Source: Spizellomyces punctatus DAOM BR117
Lineage: Eukaryota
Reading direction: 5' to 3' (one strand)
Length of the DNA: 64,000 nucleotides
Assembly: GCA_000182565.2 (NCBI GenBank)
Contig: KQ257470.1
The notes under the pieces are model-generated. The model did no database searches. It saw only the letters and a program-made list of their open reading frames with translations, and was not told where the DNA came from. Every line of letters starts with the position of its first letter. Position 1 is the stretch's first letter. Below, piece after piece: positions 26,501 to 39,928 of the stretch. The translations under genes and the position numbers were made by a program.

Positions 26501-27047
26501 TCATGGGTATCGAGAAGGACACTGGTAATGTCAGTGGTTGACTCCAACAATATATGGGTTGTCTGGGACAACAATCTTCAGTCTAGTTTGAAACGATCAT
26601 TGCAGTAGGTCTTGGACATACCTCGCTTGATAGCTTGTCCGATTTATCTGTATTTCCACCGTATAATGTTATGGCGTTGATGAGATCTGTTCGTGAATCT
26701 GCATCCGATAGTGCTCTCAAATTGAAATGCATATGGGCAAAAATGCGAGTAGATGACATGGGAGCTGTTGGCAGCGATTCCGGCTCTGCTGTCGTTGCGG
26801 CGAATGTAACTTCGAGCTGGTGAGTGTCATTCTCATGACCAGGGATTGGGTCGTGGCCGTGCCTTTCGACTTCGTGTGCCTGAGATAGTCGAGTTGACTG
26901 GTCATTTTGCGGAGAGACTTGCTCGGCATCATCGAGCGACATGTTAAGCTGGTCGACAGAGCCTTCCGCCTTGTCCTGCAAAGGAGTGCGCTGCTCTCCA
27001 TTAGAGTTCCCCTTGGGCACAAAGTGGTCCAAGAAGGTGCTCAGCAT
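20580..27047 (-). CDS. SSK2: Stress MAP kinase kinase kinase of the Ssk2/Wis4 family with N-terminal BRCT-like domain
   Basis: Ssk2-type N region ERAQWQTMLASVLTGEVIRSEKRRI. Kinase motifs WQQGKFLGGGSFG, AVKEI, HRDVKPAN, DFG, GTPHYIAPE, DIWSMGC. Upstream exons splice in frame. Confidence 0.9.
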
Positions 27048-27512
27048 GGCTGTCAGGGCCGGGGTGCTACCGAGTTCAAACTTTGGAGAAGGTTGCCACC
27101 GGGGCGAGACGACGTTTGTCGTCTTGTCGTCTTGGGTATACCAAGCGCTGTGGGCCGAAGGTATCTGAAGCGCTAAGCGAAAAGCCAAACTCTTGGTCAA
27201 AAATGTGAATCGCAGTGCAGGGAAAAGGTTTTTGAAGGGACTCTGCGCTGCTTTCACCACCTTGTCGCCGACTCGCCGACATGAGGCACAGTAGTGGCAC
27301 AGTAATGGCACAGTGATCGCGTGCTGCTCGAAGCTTCGATTGCATTGCTAGCATTTTCGATCGATTTCGTCAACAAACGCTTTTTAATGGCATTTCAAAC
27401 GTTTGTTTATTTTGAAAGATGTTGGAATTTTACAAGCTAAAAACAATGTACAGAAGCATTTTACTAGATAACTACATGATAATGATATCCATTGTACTCT
27501 TTGATATTTCCA

Positions 27513-28046
27513 TCACAGCAAAGCAATCAACTTTTTCTCTTCCTTTTCCGGGGCTTTCTTGGCTAGTGCTATCTGCAGCACACCATTCTCCATGGTGGCC
27601 TTTGCATTATCCACCTGAGCATCAGGAGGCAGTCGGATTCGTCGAGAGAACTTGCCAAACGACCTCTCGACAACATGCCGACGATCAGTCTTCTCTTCGT
27701 GCTCGTGCTTGCGTTCACCTTCCAATGTTAGAGCACCATCCGAGACATGGATCTGAACATCGGATTTTGAAAGGCCCGGAAGATCCGCTTTGATCACATA
27801 TTCCTTGTCGGTCTCTGTCACATCGACACGAGGGCCGCGCAAAAAGGTATCCAGATCGCGACGCTTTCGAGTAGATACTTGCTGGTTATTCAGATCGGTA
27901 GACTCCTCTTGATTTGTGGAATCGGCATCGCCGATCATTAAAGTAGGCTGCATGATAGATCTTACGTATCCGTCCAACAATGAAGGAAATGGGGTACGGA
28001 AGAATGGATCATTGAAAAGAGGGTCGGTGTTCCAGAGGAGGCTCAT
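27513..28046 (-). CDS. Small heat shock protein (Hsp20/alpha-crystallin domain)
   Basis: PRVDVTETDKEYVIKADLPG..LTLEGERK..ERSFGKFSRRIRLP..KATMENGVLQI. Intronless. Confidence 0.96.
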   Translation of the reverse strand: MSLLWNTDPLFNDPFFRTPFPSLLDGYVRSIMQPTLMIGDADSTNQEESTDLNNQQVSTRKRRDLDTFLRGPRVDVTETDKEYVIKADLPGLSKSDVQIHVSDGALTLEGERKHEHEEKTDRRHVVERSFGKFSRRIRLPPDAQVDNAKATMENGVLQIALAKKAPEKEEKKLIALL

Positions 28047-28193
28047 ATTGTATTCAAAAATCTTGGATATTTTGCAGGTAGATCAATGGTATGGGGCGAT
28101 AGCAAATCGCAGATAATTCGTATCGAGGATCCGCCAAAGACTTTAGCACAGTATATTGTTGGAAGGAAGACATGTGTAATGAAAATCACACTC

Positions 28194-28344
28194 TTTTATA
28201 AGGATGGTTAAGTTAAGTAGCGTCAAGTGTCGCGTTCTTTCACGAGCTTTCTGGAAATGTCAAGCAAAGGTGTGTTTCTTGCAACAACGGATGATCTCAA
28301 AAGTTCGATGGCACAAAGCTGCCACGTCCTGTTCAAGAAACTTC
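28194..28344 (-). promoter_or_regulatory. Hsp20 promoter: TATA box and heat-shock elements
   Basis: TATAAAA on the minus strand at 28194-28200, TTCnnGAA at 28249-28256, and a perfect three-unit HSE TTCaaGAAacTTC at 28332-28344, all upstream of the Hsp20 ATG. Confidence 0.75.
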
Positions 28345-29539
28345 CATGGCATCACCTGGAGTACATGGCCATGTCCATTTAACCCTCTTGTAAACGTCTG
28401 CAGTCTACCGCATGTAGAGGACGATGACTAGTTTCAGAACCAGAACGCACTTGGACAGATTGATCTTTCAGACTCTGGAACACTTAGATTCTTGATATAC
28501 TTGCTGTATCCGTTATGGGAACATTATCAGAGATAGCCATGGATATCCCAAAGCCTTTTTGGATAGCTGTATAAGGGCCTGTTGCATCGTGGTGATATAC
28601 ACCTTTGATAGCCAAGGTTGTTCATCGGATAGACGATAATGAACGCGTAAATGTGGGTGCAAGAGATCCTCAATGACCCTCAAAAAAGAGCAAGCAAGAC
28701 GTGGGGGGCCAAACGACTAGAAGTCTTTGCAAACCACGCAGGCGTTCGCTGGCGGTTGTTGTCCTTCACATTTTTTGTCAGTTGGCGGGAACAACAAATG
28801 GCCACGCTATATCAAACATACAAAACGGCACTGTGCTATTGAGTGCATGATATTCGTACAGGTATGTTGCGAGCAACGGAAAGGATGCGTGTGGTGTCGG
28901 TGCAGCGTAGATAGTCACGAAAACCGTCTGAGGTTCAGGCTCGTGAGCAGTGGGGTAAAGAGGTAAAGAGCAGTGAAGGGGACGCTTTACTGTTGGCAGA
29001 AATGGCATTCGCATATGCCCATGTATTGAACTGCCCAAAGGACTCAACATGGTGCATTGACCACACGCCTCTCGGCCGTGTAAGGAATTGCTGCAGGCAA
29101 TACTGGGAACGTTGTGGGCTGCTCGTCTGTCGCGAGTGCTGACCTTGATGCTGGCCAACGAGATGCGTAAACCGTGAACTGAGATGCAATTCACTTCATT
29201 GTGAGTTTCGGCGGTTGACGCCAGTTGCGGGACGCTGTAAATTGGGGTTGTCAAACCGGAAAGGATGGGATGATGCTTAACGGAGTTTGTGTAACGTGCG
29301 GCGGAGTTATCGCTCGTCGTCGTCGTCGTCGTCGAGCAGCTGCCTTGTCTCGCCGTCTCGCCTTCTCCCGAGTCTCCGCTGACAGCTAGATTGAGTTAGA
29401 ATGCACGGTATCGCTGGACCTATGAAGCTCAATTCTTCCTTTCTTTTCTCCATACACTATACAGGCTATTTATATTCACAACGGTGATTCTCAACGCATC
29501 ATCAATCACACGCATAGCACATTGTGCTAAACCCAAAGC

Positions 29540-32500
29540 ATGTCATATCTAACTGGCCGATGTCAAGTGTGCAATGGCACGGCCCGATTGCACAAAGACG
29601 ACTCTGTTCCTTGCCAACATGATCCAGACTGTCCGGGTTGTGTCCGTTGTAGAGACTGTATTGATGGAAAGGTAGTCTCAGTACCCGGTTCTGCCGGGGC
29701 TTCGAGAACATCCACAGTTGGTACGGGCACTCTCCGAGGAAATACAATAAGAAAGCATGGCCACCAGCTGTCGACTGCGTCGGGGATTTCGGGATCGTTG
29801 TTCACGAGTCCAGTCGACTCGGAGACTTCTTCCGTCACAAGCGCCGATACACCATCCACACATGTTGGGCCTCCTGTACCCTCCATAGAGGCACCAGTGC
29901 TTCCACCCGCGCCAGTTCTTGGGATACACGCTACCCTTCCTCCAGCACCCGTTCTTGATGCTCGGACGTTGCCACATGCAGAACCGTCTGCACTTCCACC
30001 TGCTCCAGTTCTCGCATCACCTACATCACCCCCTCTCACAGAGGAACCGAAAAAGGCGGGTTTAAGAACACCCAAGCTCGGTCGCAAAAAGAAGACCGAA
30101 GCCCCAGATACGATCAAGCAATCATTACATTCGAGTGAAGATCAGGTCACTGCTGGACCCAGCGAGCGAGGAAAGACGGCTGGAACTATTGGGGCACTTG
30201 GTGTTGCATTGATGGGGCGGATACGCAAATCTGGTTCTGCCACAGGGTTGGTGGAGGCCGCACGAGTTGCACCTGCACCAGTGGAGGCGGTTGAGAAGCC
30301 TTTGGTCGAGGTCATACCGCCCGTCACCGTTGCCGAAGTAGCAGTTCATGATGGTGCCGGACCCACTTCCAAAGCGACATCAACTTTGCAGTCAGCCGTT
30401 CATCGTCGTAGCTTCTCCGGTCCTCGTATCACGACCCTCGTGAATGACCTGCAAGAGGGCGCCGGCGGCAGGACAGCAACAGCGCACTTCCAGTCTATTG
30501 AGGAGCTGAATGATCGTGCGGTGACCACAACAAACAAGCCAGTGTTTGAGGGAAAAGATCTGCCAGCGTTACCTGATAAAAAGTCACTCGCAGCCCGTAG
30601 CGCGGATCAATTGGTACCTGAAAAGAAGCCCCGAGGCAAATCCGATCTGTTCTCATTTGCAAGGCCAAAAAAGGTGGTTCCCGCTCCCTCTATTGACTCT
30701 GATATTTCGTCCAATCAATCTTTGGCTGGTGGTGCTACCTCTGATACATCCCCACCAAAAGGAACTGCTGGTAGCCCGGCATTGACTAGCCCCATTCTTG
30801 AAATGAGCGGAGGAGTTGGAGGGCGGAAGGGGAAAAAGGCATTGTCAACAACGCTACCTGGATCTCCGGGTGGGATCGCAGAGACCGAGTCTGACCGCGG
30901 CCTGCCAAGTCCTTCATCAAGCAACCCGCCAGCAGGTAGGGAACATCGACGAACATCGTCGAGAGGCTTTCGAGAATGGTACGCCAGGTTCTCTAGCGAA
31001 ATTTCAAAGCAGCGGTTGGAAGGCATGGCTGAAGAGACCGAATTTCCGGACCCCATCACTTTGGAGTCAATATTCGGATCAAAGATTTCTGGCGCCCGTG
31101 ACGCTGTCGCTTGTTTATCTAAAGCGCACACTTGCTTTGAATTTGCTCGGCAAGAGCCTCGTTGGGTTAAAAAAGGCGACAAAGAGGCACCCGGAATCCA
31201 AAAAGAGAAAAAGGCAGTTGCTGATCTGGAATTATTGGACGACGTCGCCTGCAAGTATCGACCTCTTGATATCTTCCACGAAGGAAGATTGGCAACTGTC
31301 CAGTATAGTCATTCAGCGAACGGGCCGACGCTAGGTATCATAACGTCTGGGAAGCCGGACGACCTCATGGATGCTCTCATATTCCCTCTCGATCAAGACA
31401 TGTCGTACGCGGAGGTGTTCCTCGCCACGTATCGCTTCTTCATGACCGGCAAGCCGTTGCTTGATAATTTAATTGAATGGTACAATGTCGATTTAGACCA
31501 AGATTTGCTGACATCGTCGGCACCAGTTGCGAGCACGTCCCAGGAGACTACCGACAGTGTTGAAGACCCAACTGCTACAGCTAATCCTGCCTTCCATCAC
31601 CATCACGAGCAGTTTCTCAAAAAGCATCGCAAACACATTCAATCCCGCGCTATTCGCGTCCTTTTGATGTGGATCAAGAACCATTGGCATGATTTTCAGG
31701 AGGACGGTATGCTCTACTTGACATTGATGGCATTCTTGGATCATGTGTCCAGTGTGAGCTTTGGAGATGGTCAAAAGATGACGCAGGCCATTCGCGAGCA
31801 GGTGCGGACGTTGACTTTATTCATTCATTTGACATGATGTCTTACCCTATTTCTATTTCAGCGCTTGTCCTGGTACACCACTCAGTACATACCGTTCTTC
31901 CCTTCCAAGCGGGGCGTAATGAACGATAATACTAAACCCTGGGCTTTGGTCTGGTCACCAGAAGATTTCGCTCGTGAAGTAACCTATGTCGATCATTTCT
32001 TGTTCCGACAAATTCGGCCCGATGCCTACTTGCACGTCCTCGCGAGGCCTGTGGCAAAGGAAGGCGCGGGACGGAATGTAGCCTTGAAAGTTCTTCTCGA
32101 GTACATTGGATGGTTCCGTCTGGTAAATATAGTGAGCGGCATGAGAAAAGGCTGGACGTTTTCCGTCTCATTTATCTCAATTATTAGGTGGCTGCATACA
32201 CGGCGACAATTGTTTTGCGCGAGGACTCTTCCAAGCGAAGAGCAAAGGTTATAAAGCAAGCAATTCGCATTGCCAAAGCATGTCGTGAACTGCAAAACTA
32301 CAATACCATGTTCGCTATCCTGGCGGGTTTAAAGCGACCTGCTGTGGTCAAGTTGACCAACGCCTGGGAGGTATGCGCTTGGAAATGCCTTTAATGGAAA
32401 CTTTAGTCTGAAGTGAGCTTACTCATGTTGCTTAAAAGGCACTACCCTCGAAACACATAGACGCATTCCAGAATCTCCTCTCGCTTATGGATCCTGCGGA

Positions 32501-33357
32501 TGGTTACGCGACATACTGGGCCGAATTTAAAGACGTCCAACCACCTGCGATTCCGTTCCTAGGTATGTATCCTTTGCGACTTTCTGAAAATACCATATGG
32601 AAGGACTGACGATGTATGGCATACAGCGGCATATATGCGTGACTTATTAGACATCCACTACGAAGCTCCAACATATTTGAATGATCCAGCGTCCTCTGCT
32701 GGCGACCGGGATGGTCCTTCAGGGAACTTTACAAAGGCGCGACGGAAGGGAGGACGCACGCGAACAGCCACCGGGGATACCAGTATCACATCTACGAATG
32801 AGGAAGAGTGCACTCCACCTACGCCAGCTGATACGAATCCTAACCCTTCTCTAAACCGGACCATTCATTTCCAGAAGTACTATGACCTGTACGCCATTGC
32901 TGCGGAGCTCGAGATGTTCCGGATGTCCTCGGTGTACCCACCCAATGCTGACAAAGATGCTGGGGCCATCGTCTTAACTCATATGCGGGATTTTGCAGTG
33001 GATAAGGAGTCTGGACGGTGGATGGATGATGTATTGGAGACGACGATGAATGCTGCTACTCCAACAGCGAATGCCGAAGGACGTCGAAGCGTCGGCAATA
33101 CCTTAGATACACCCAAGGCTACCGCGAAATTTGCCAGTTCCAGTTCTGGAGCACTGTTGGAGTCCACTGGTAATAGAGGACCATCGGAGGACAATTCAGA
33201 AAAAGCTGTAAAACCTCCTAAGCTAACTCGAGTGGGAAGTATCAAGCGGGATGCCGACGCAGAGAAGCCATTGGGTCCCCAATTGCCAGTCGCCCAAGGA
33301 GAAGAGGGAAGTACATCCAAATCTGGCGGAGGAACTGGGAGTGTGGAACAGAGCTAG
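29540..33357 (+). CDS. Ras guanine-nucleotide exchange factor (RasGEF_N plus CDC25 domain) with N-terminal Cys-rich module
   Basis: REM region (YAEVFLATYRFF..RAIRVLLMWIKNHWHDF) and CDC25 region (SPEDFAREVTYVD, RRAKVIKQAIRIAKACRELQNYNTMFAILAGL, PPAIPFL, IHFQKY). Confidence 0.88.
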
Positions 33358-33805
33358 GTGGGAAACTCCGGGGGTGGGCAGAGTGCAGCAAATCATATGA
33401 AGGGTGTGTGTTGGGATAGTTAGTAGTAATTAAATGTGAGACCGTTTCCAATAGCATATACCCCGTTAGCTAATTCCCTTGGTCATTCTGCATGAACATC
33501 TGGAAATGTGGAATTTGGTACCCTCGGTCGGTTCACTCTCAAGAAATGTCTATGTATGGCATACTTTATTTCTTCTAAAATTTTGGAGAATCTGAATCTC
33601 TTTTCGTCATCCGTCGACATTTTAAACCAATACCCAACGCATCAGAGCCCGCCGTTTCCATCCATGCAAAAAGTGTATACAAACAAGTGTGAAAGTGCCA
33701 GATTCAGACTCACATCCTTCCCCAACCTCTATCAGCCCCTCATTTGCCATTCTGCTGTTCGTCACACAATCTACGTATGTGTACTTGGTGTTCTACGTTT
33801 TGTCA

Positions 33806-34951
33806 CTAGCGGCACACGGTATCGTAGTGATCCGTTGGGTCGCTTTCGTCCTTATCTTCTTCCGCGCAAGGTAGTGATGCCCATCGCAGCAGTTTTGAAC
33901 CTGGGGTAATCCGAGTTAATAGATGGAAAGGATTTACCACGATACCAAACAATCACTTACCGGAGGCATCGAATCGTTCGACAGGCTGCACGCCTTCCGA
34001 GAGAAACATCCAAAAATGACCTGATGCAAAAAAAACGGCTTTTATGAATAAGGGAACAAGACAATTACACACCAAGGTTATGAACAAACCATTGTTGCAA
34101 GCCTCAAGGCATTTTTCGCACGGCTGTGTTACGTGATAACCAACAACGTTCCCGCATCCCAAACATGCAGCGTCACGAATACGGCATCTGCAGTGACCGT
34201 TAGTAGTTGCGATTGAAAGAACTAGTGTACATACTACTTACGAGCAATTCTGGGTGAGATAGTCGCTATAAACCAATTGCACGCCAGTGGGTGGGGTATC
34301 AGTTGAATACAATTCGACTTTTGTATTTCCCAGAAGGATTGCTTTCATTCCCCTTCGACACATGATGCTAGTACAATGGCGGCAGAATAGCTTACAAACA
34401 GCTTTTGATCTGAATTGTGGGTGCACGGAGGGATTCACTGTTCCACTACCAGTTACCGGCCGGAATGGGGAGTGAGCCGGGGGCGTGGTTGCAGAAGGCA
34501 GCGGTTGGAACAGCCGCCTATGAGGAGTACGTGGTTGCGGCTGAAGCGTTCGCTGCTGTTGCTGCTGAGATGAGGTGACTGCGGCATGTCTGGCTGCTTG
34601 CTGCATCATAGCATGAATCATAGCTGCTCGGTGAGCAGACGCGGAGGCGGCAACAGATGATTGCGAAGGTACACTATGCTGTTGCCCACTCCGTCCTGGA
34701 GATGCTCGGGTGGACGAAGAACCCGATCGACGCTGGTAGGTACGGACGGAGTGGAGCGAACGTCGGGAAGTTTCTCGTTCAGATGTGGTGGTGGATGTGC
34801 TAGCCGTCGAATCGGTCGAGTTTGTACGGGGTGGGGTGGGCGGAGCATCAAAGGACGGAAAGGGATTGATGTGCACTGGTACTTGCCCGACCATCGCTCC
34901 CCCTAGTGATGTACTGGATCGGCCAGAAAAGATGTTGGAAGACCGTGACAT
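33806..34951 (-). CDS. FAM72 family protein
   Basis: [70 protein letters not shown]. Last exon ends HYDTVCR*. Confidence 0.9.
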
Positions 34952-36735
34952 TTTAAAGGACAGCTGTTTACAAGAAACGCTAGTCGAAGGAGGGAGGAAG
35001 GAATGGGACCCGTCAACCTATCACGAGAAGTTGCGCAATTAGAAAAAAGGAAACCACAATCCTGCATCGAAATTCTCTGAAGTGGACGTCCTTCGGTGCT
35101 CGTATTTTATTGACATGACAAGCTCACCTTTGATGCGCACAGCAGTGATCAAATTGCAGATCCACCAATGTGCCAAGGGGATCGATGCTGCTGCGGCGGT
35201 TGCGGTAGGGAAGAAGGGACAAGCAGGACGAGCCGTGAGCGGATAGAGTAAATTGAAAATGTCGGAGATCTTGACAGTCTAGCTTTGCTGCAAATTATGG
35301 CAAATTCCGCGTAACGAACGAAGCGGGCCAGCAGAAACCAAGAGAACGGGAACTATGTTAATATTGGGGTCGCTTCATAATTGTTTTTTCGTTGACACCC
35401 TCTAGGTCCGATGGTACCCATTTCGCCTGGTCGGGTTCCGTACACCCGTGCCGCAGTAAGCCCGACGAACCAACAAGTTTGACGCAGCCGCGACAGCGGA
35501 CTGTTGCCCGTGCATATAGGAAGGGTACAATAGAAAGCGTGCGACAGCCCGGTAAGTACCATTAAAGACGTAGATTGGCCCGTCAAGTTCCTCTCGACTT
35601 GGATCCTCAGAGCTGTTAAAGTTGGTTTGACCGGATTGAAGTAGCTAACAAGCCGACGGCTGGGCAACAAATCGCCACGAATTGCAAACAAACAAAGGAG
35701 GGTGTCGTTGCGGTTCGCGTCTCTTCGCGTTGAATCAAGACGAGAAACGGGTCTATTTCTGTTTTTACGTGCTCTGGCAGCTATTGCAGCGAATGCGAAT
35801 GCACGGCAACTGTCAGTCGTGACGAACTCTTCCATACCCTTCTTTTGGCCGCCTGGTTGATGCCGGTGTGGAGGGTGAGGACGCGCTGTTTCATTTTCCC
35901 AACTTTCACGCTTATGTCACCTTAAACAAGCGCGTTTCCCAACAGGAAACTCCGCTCATTTACCAGATTGTAATTCACTAAATACCCTTGGGATCCCAAT
36001 GGATTGGGAGCTGGGAACGACAACAGGCTGTCTATGCAGAGGAGACATGGCAAGACTGAGACTCTTGTCCATCATTCCATGTATGTCGCGTGACACGATA
36101 TTGTTTTGGACCCAATGGGGCCGAAAGCCACGTACCAGAAACATTTCGACAATGTGCACACACCACTCCAAAATACGTCTTCTTTTTCCAGAGCAGATGA
36201 GAACAGATCGTACGTCTTATATGTACTCTGTTTCTTCCTGGCAATTATCCGCGGAAGTTTGTTGCATCTGACAGACCAGATACCAGATGAATTTAGTTGC
36301 GCGGGATATTGTGAATGTTGCCTACTTTGCGCTAAATTGGATTTTTAATGGGCAATGTAATTCTAGTAGTTGATCACCGGGTTCGCGATGCATGGTTCGT
36401 TTGACCACGATTTACGACAGAAGTGTGAGACAACCTTACTGCGCATCTAGCGGGACCTTCAAAGAGAAATTACCACAGAGCGTATCGCACTTTACTTGGC
36501 CATTGTCATATTCATATGGCAAAGAAGAATCTGCATCGGACACCTTCTCGCTGCAATATACGATCAAAGCAACAGCTCTGAACACGGCTCGCCGTCAAGT
36601 TTGAGCAGCTAGTGCTGAGATGGGCGCTTTACCGGATGGAACCATAGTAGAGTGGTTGGAGTGGCTTACTGATGACAAGCATTTGGCGCGCTCCTTCAAA
36701 CGTTCAAGAAGGGCAATTTGCCTCCAGATGCAAGC

Positions 36736-39369
36736 ATGGATATCGTTGATAGTCTACGGTCAAATGCTGCATCTCTTTACACGGAGGGAAAGTTCAAGGT
36801 ATGAGAACATTATCTGTCTACGTGCTCAGTACCCGCAGCCAACAAAATATCTACTAGGATGCGTATAATACCTACCTACGGGCTGCCAACGCAGCGCTAG
36901 TGACTTTAGCAAACGGAGTGACATGGGCTGGCGAAGGTGCGGAACCAATTCTATCATACATTCGCCCCATTTGAGGCTTTTTTTGTATCGCACGGTCTGA
37001 CCTTTGATGGGCCAGATGTGACAGCCAAACCGGACACTACCTCAGATCTCTTTCGACTCACACAGCAATGTCTGACAAGAGCAGAAGAGATTGTTAAATC
37101 AAGACATCTGTTTACTGTTAGGTCCTCTACTGCACCGCCCCTTTCCTCGGCCTCAGTAGCCCAGAGCGCACATTCACCTCAATCAATACCCTTTCCGGAG
37201 CGTGTCCCGCTGATTCCCATATCTCCTCTCACGAACCAGCACGCACTACATGCCTATCAACTATCAGTCGCAGAGCGTCGATACGCAGCAGCGACATCCG
37301 CAGAAGATCAGCCAGCATTGTCGACAATGCGTCGATTAGTCGAGGACGTTCGGATTCAACGAGCCAAAGTTCAAGAACTGCAGAAATTGGCCGATTCTGT
37401 TGCTACGCCGCCAATGATAAGCTGGAAAGCAGAAGCCGTTGCTCTTCAAATAGCTATCATTGATGTGAGCCTCTTTTCCAAAATCCGAGTTCGGGATGAT
37501 CTTTGGCATCGTGAATCTGAAATTGGCTTGAACGGACGAGCGTGTGTGGATTTTAACAAGTATCTGGAACGTATAGCGATTGACGCCATACTTTCTTCGA
37601 AACCCACTGGCGCTACACATGATGGGCCCACTGCAAGAGCCGACACAATTGCGTTTCTTGTTTCAGTTGCCCATACTCTCTTTTACCACTATCGGGACAT
37701 TAATGGCATGTGTGCCATCTTGCAAGCTCTGGAGTCACCTGAGATACGCCGCTTGCGACGCACGTGGGATGCTATACATGCTAAAACGAAAGAAGCACTT
37801 CGTAATTTGCAATCAGCAATTGGAGCCGGCACTGGCAACGATCACCTTGATCTCGTAGCCCAAGTCCTGGAACATCATTACTGTGGTGGTGGCGTCTTAG
37901 TTGCCATTCCATATCTTGAACCGTTTATTCATGACATGCAAGACCTGCGTAACGCTTACTCCGCTGGAGTGAGTGGTAGCACGGGAGAAGCCATGATGTC
38001 TGATATTGGAGCGAGAGCATTGGAAGAGATTTTTAGTATCATTGAGCTCTGCCAAGGTGTCGGAAGACCAGATCCAGGACTGGGAAAAGTGGGGCGCGCT
38101 GCAGCCGGAGCTGCTTCCCGATCACGAGAAAACAAGGCTGGCAACGGGCTGCCGGAGGACTTGAGTTCACTGGGAACGGGGAATCAGGGACTGGCACATT
38201 GGTTGCTCACGAGAGTTTATTGGAGTCGAGTCGAATTATGGGGTAAAAGCGGCGATAACGAGAGATTTCGTAGAGATGAACAGATACCAGATGCCTATAA
38301 AGAGGTCATTGCAGCTGAGGACACATGGAGAAACGATGCTCAGGTAAATTCTGCCGCGAGTGCCACTCCGTCCCGTGAGCCATTTTCGAAATCTACAGTG
38401 TCGGTACCTGAAGGAAACCAACGAACTGAGACTGCTGTGAGCGATCCCGGAGGAAGTTCAAACCAGGAGTTTGGAGAAGCCAAGCAAAACAGCGACTACA
38501 TGGATCAATTTTTGGGCGATGTGGACACGCCACCTGCTGATGTCCAACAGAACGAGCAAAGCAATATACTTGCTCTTTTGGATGAGCTTCCGTCAGTGCC
38601 GCATTTGCTGGATTTTGAACGAGCATCGGAGGAAGCTGGGGAGGACAATGCACATACACAGGAAGAGGATGATGGTCAATTCCAAAGAGGTTCGTGAGCA
38701 ACCCGTCGATCGGTTATCGTGTGATGCTCATCAGGACTGATCGATCTTACAGACGCAAGTAATTCAAATGTTGGAGCTCCCGATAACGCCCTTGACGAGG
38801 CGGCCCCTGGCGATGCTGCACCGCCGACAGGGTCTGATAGTCTTTTATCACCGGATAGCTCTAATCAAGTTGGCGACGCTGGAACCGGAACCGACGACTC
38901 GCCTGTACTGGCTAAGCAGGGCGAGGGATTCGACTACATGGACCGTTATCTTGGACCGCTTGATGAACCATACCCTGGAAGTAATATGGAACTGCCCGAG
39001 GTGGAAAGTCAAACGGCAGTTGAGGATCAGAATACTTCAACAGAAGCGCTTGCGCCGACTTCGTCACCGCAGCCCGGCGACGCACAATCAACAACACCAT
39101 CTCGGCCACCGGAAGCATCACCGGTCATAGAACCATCGCAGTCGATTGCTGCAATTAGCATGGAACAGGATCCCGACTACGATGGGTACGGTCTTTCCGA
39201 CCTGGAAGTTGATGCTGGAGACTACCTCGACGAGGTCATTGCGAACACTCCTCCACTGTACGAGAAACACGGGATTCCCAGCGAAGGAAGCGAGCAGGAG
39301 AAACTGGAAAGTACCAATCTTGCAGCCAATGATGATGCATTGAGACAACGCTTTGATTCATTGCGATAA
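36736..39369 (+). CDS. Divergent RasGEF (CDC25-like) domain protein with N-terminal MIT/TPR-like helices and acidic tail
   Basis: Spliced N-terminus MDIVDSLRSNAASLYTEGKFK/DAYNTYLRAA. CDC25-like core (AEAVALQIAIID..LFSKI, RADTIAFLVSVA, DINGMCAILQALESPEIRRLRRTW, IPYL). Phase-1 intron 38690-38752 joins the last exon. Confidence 0.75.
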
Positions 39370-39928
39370 TCAAAGGTCTGTACAATGAACTGGTGATATA
39401 GATCATGTAGGAAACTTGTATAGTTTATATATCACAGTGTGTATCATGATACGTCCTCTAATGGTCGAATTTTATGTAAGAAGCGTTATGCGCAAGAATC
39501 CGACCAATGTTATACTGACTGTGATGACAAAGGGTGAATTTATCATATTGGTATTTCGAAATCAAGAGTCAACAGTGTGCTCTAATTGAATTTCAACAGA
39601 ATCATGCATATTCCAAAATATCACCAGCCACGCACGCGCCATGCATTAGCCACACAAGCACAAATTGGGCAATTTTTGCCACATTTTATTTTTTATTGGA
39701 TTTTGACTTTCGTTCTGCTTTTTTCCAGCTTGGGTTCCTTCCTTTGGTTATCGGAAATTCCAGTGGTGCTGTGGGGTCAAAATTGGGAAGGAACAGGTTC
39801 ATCAGAATAAAAGAAAAGCCAAGAGCTGGGGGAAAGTTTTGTTGAAGAGTATTTAGAAGGCGTATTATAGCCGGTGTTGACGTTCTCCCACTTTGCCGAT
39901 CTCATTGTCGTGGCTCGGTCAGCAAGAT

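Noticed and set aside
28651-29340. Short Cys-containing ORFs and a (CGT)n microsatellite upstream of the first RasGEF
   Set aside because: No coherent gene model; a simple repeat in probable promoter/UTR.
35353-36604. Short ORFs between FAM72 and the second RasGEF-like gene
   Set aside because: No recognisable motifs or consistent exon chain; probably promoter/UTR sequence.
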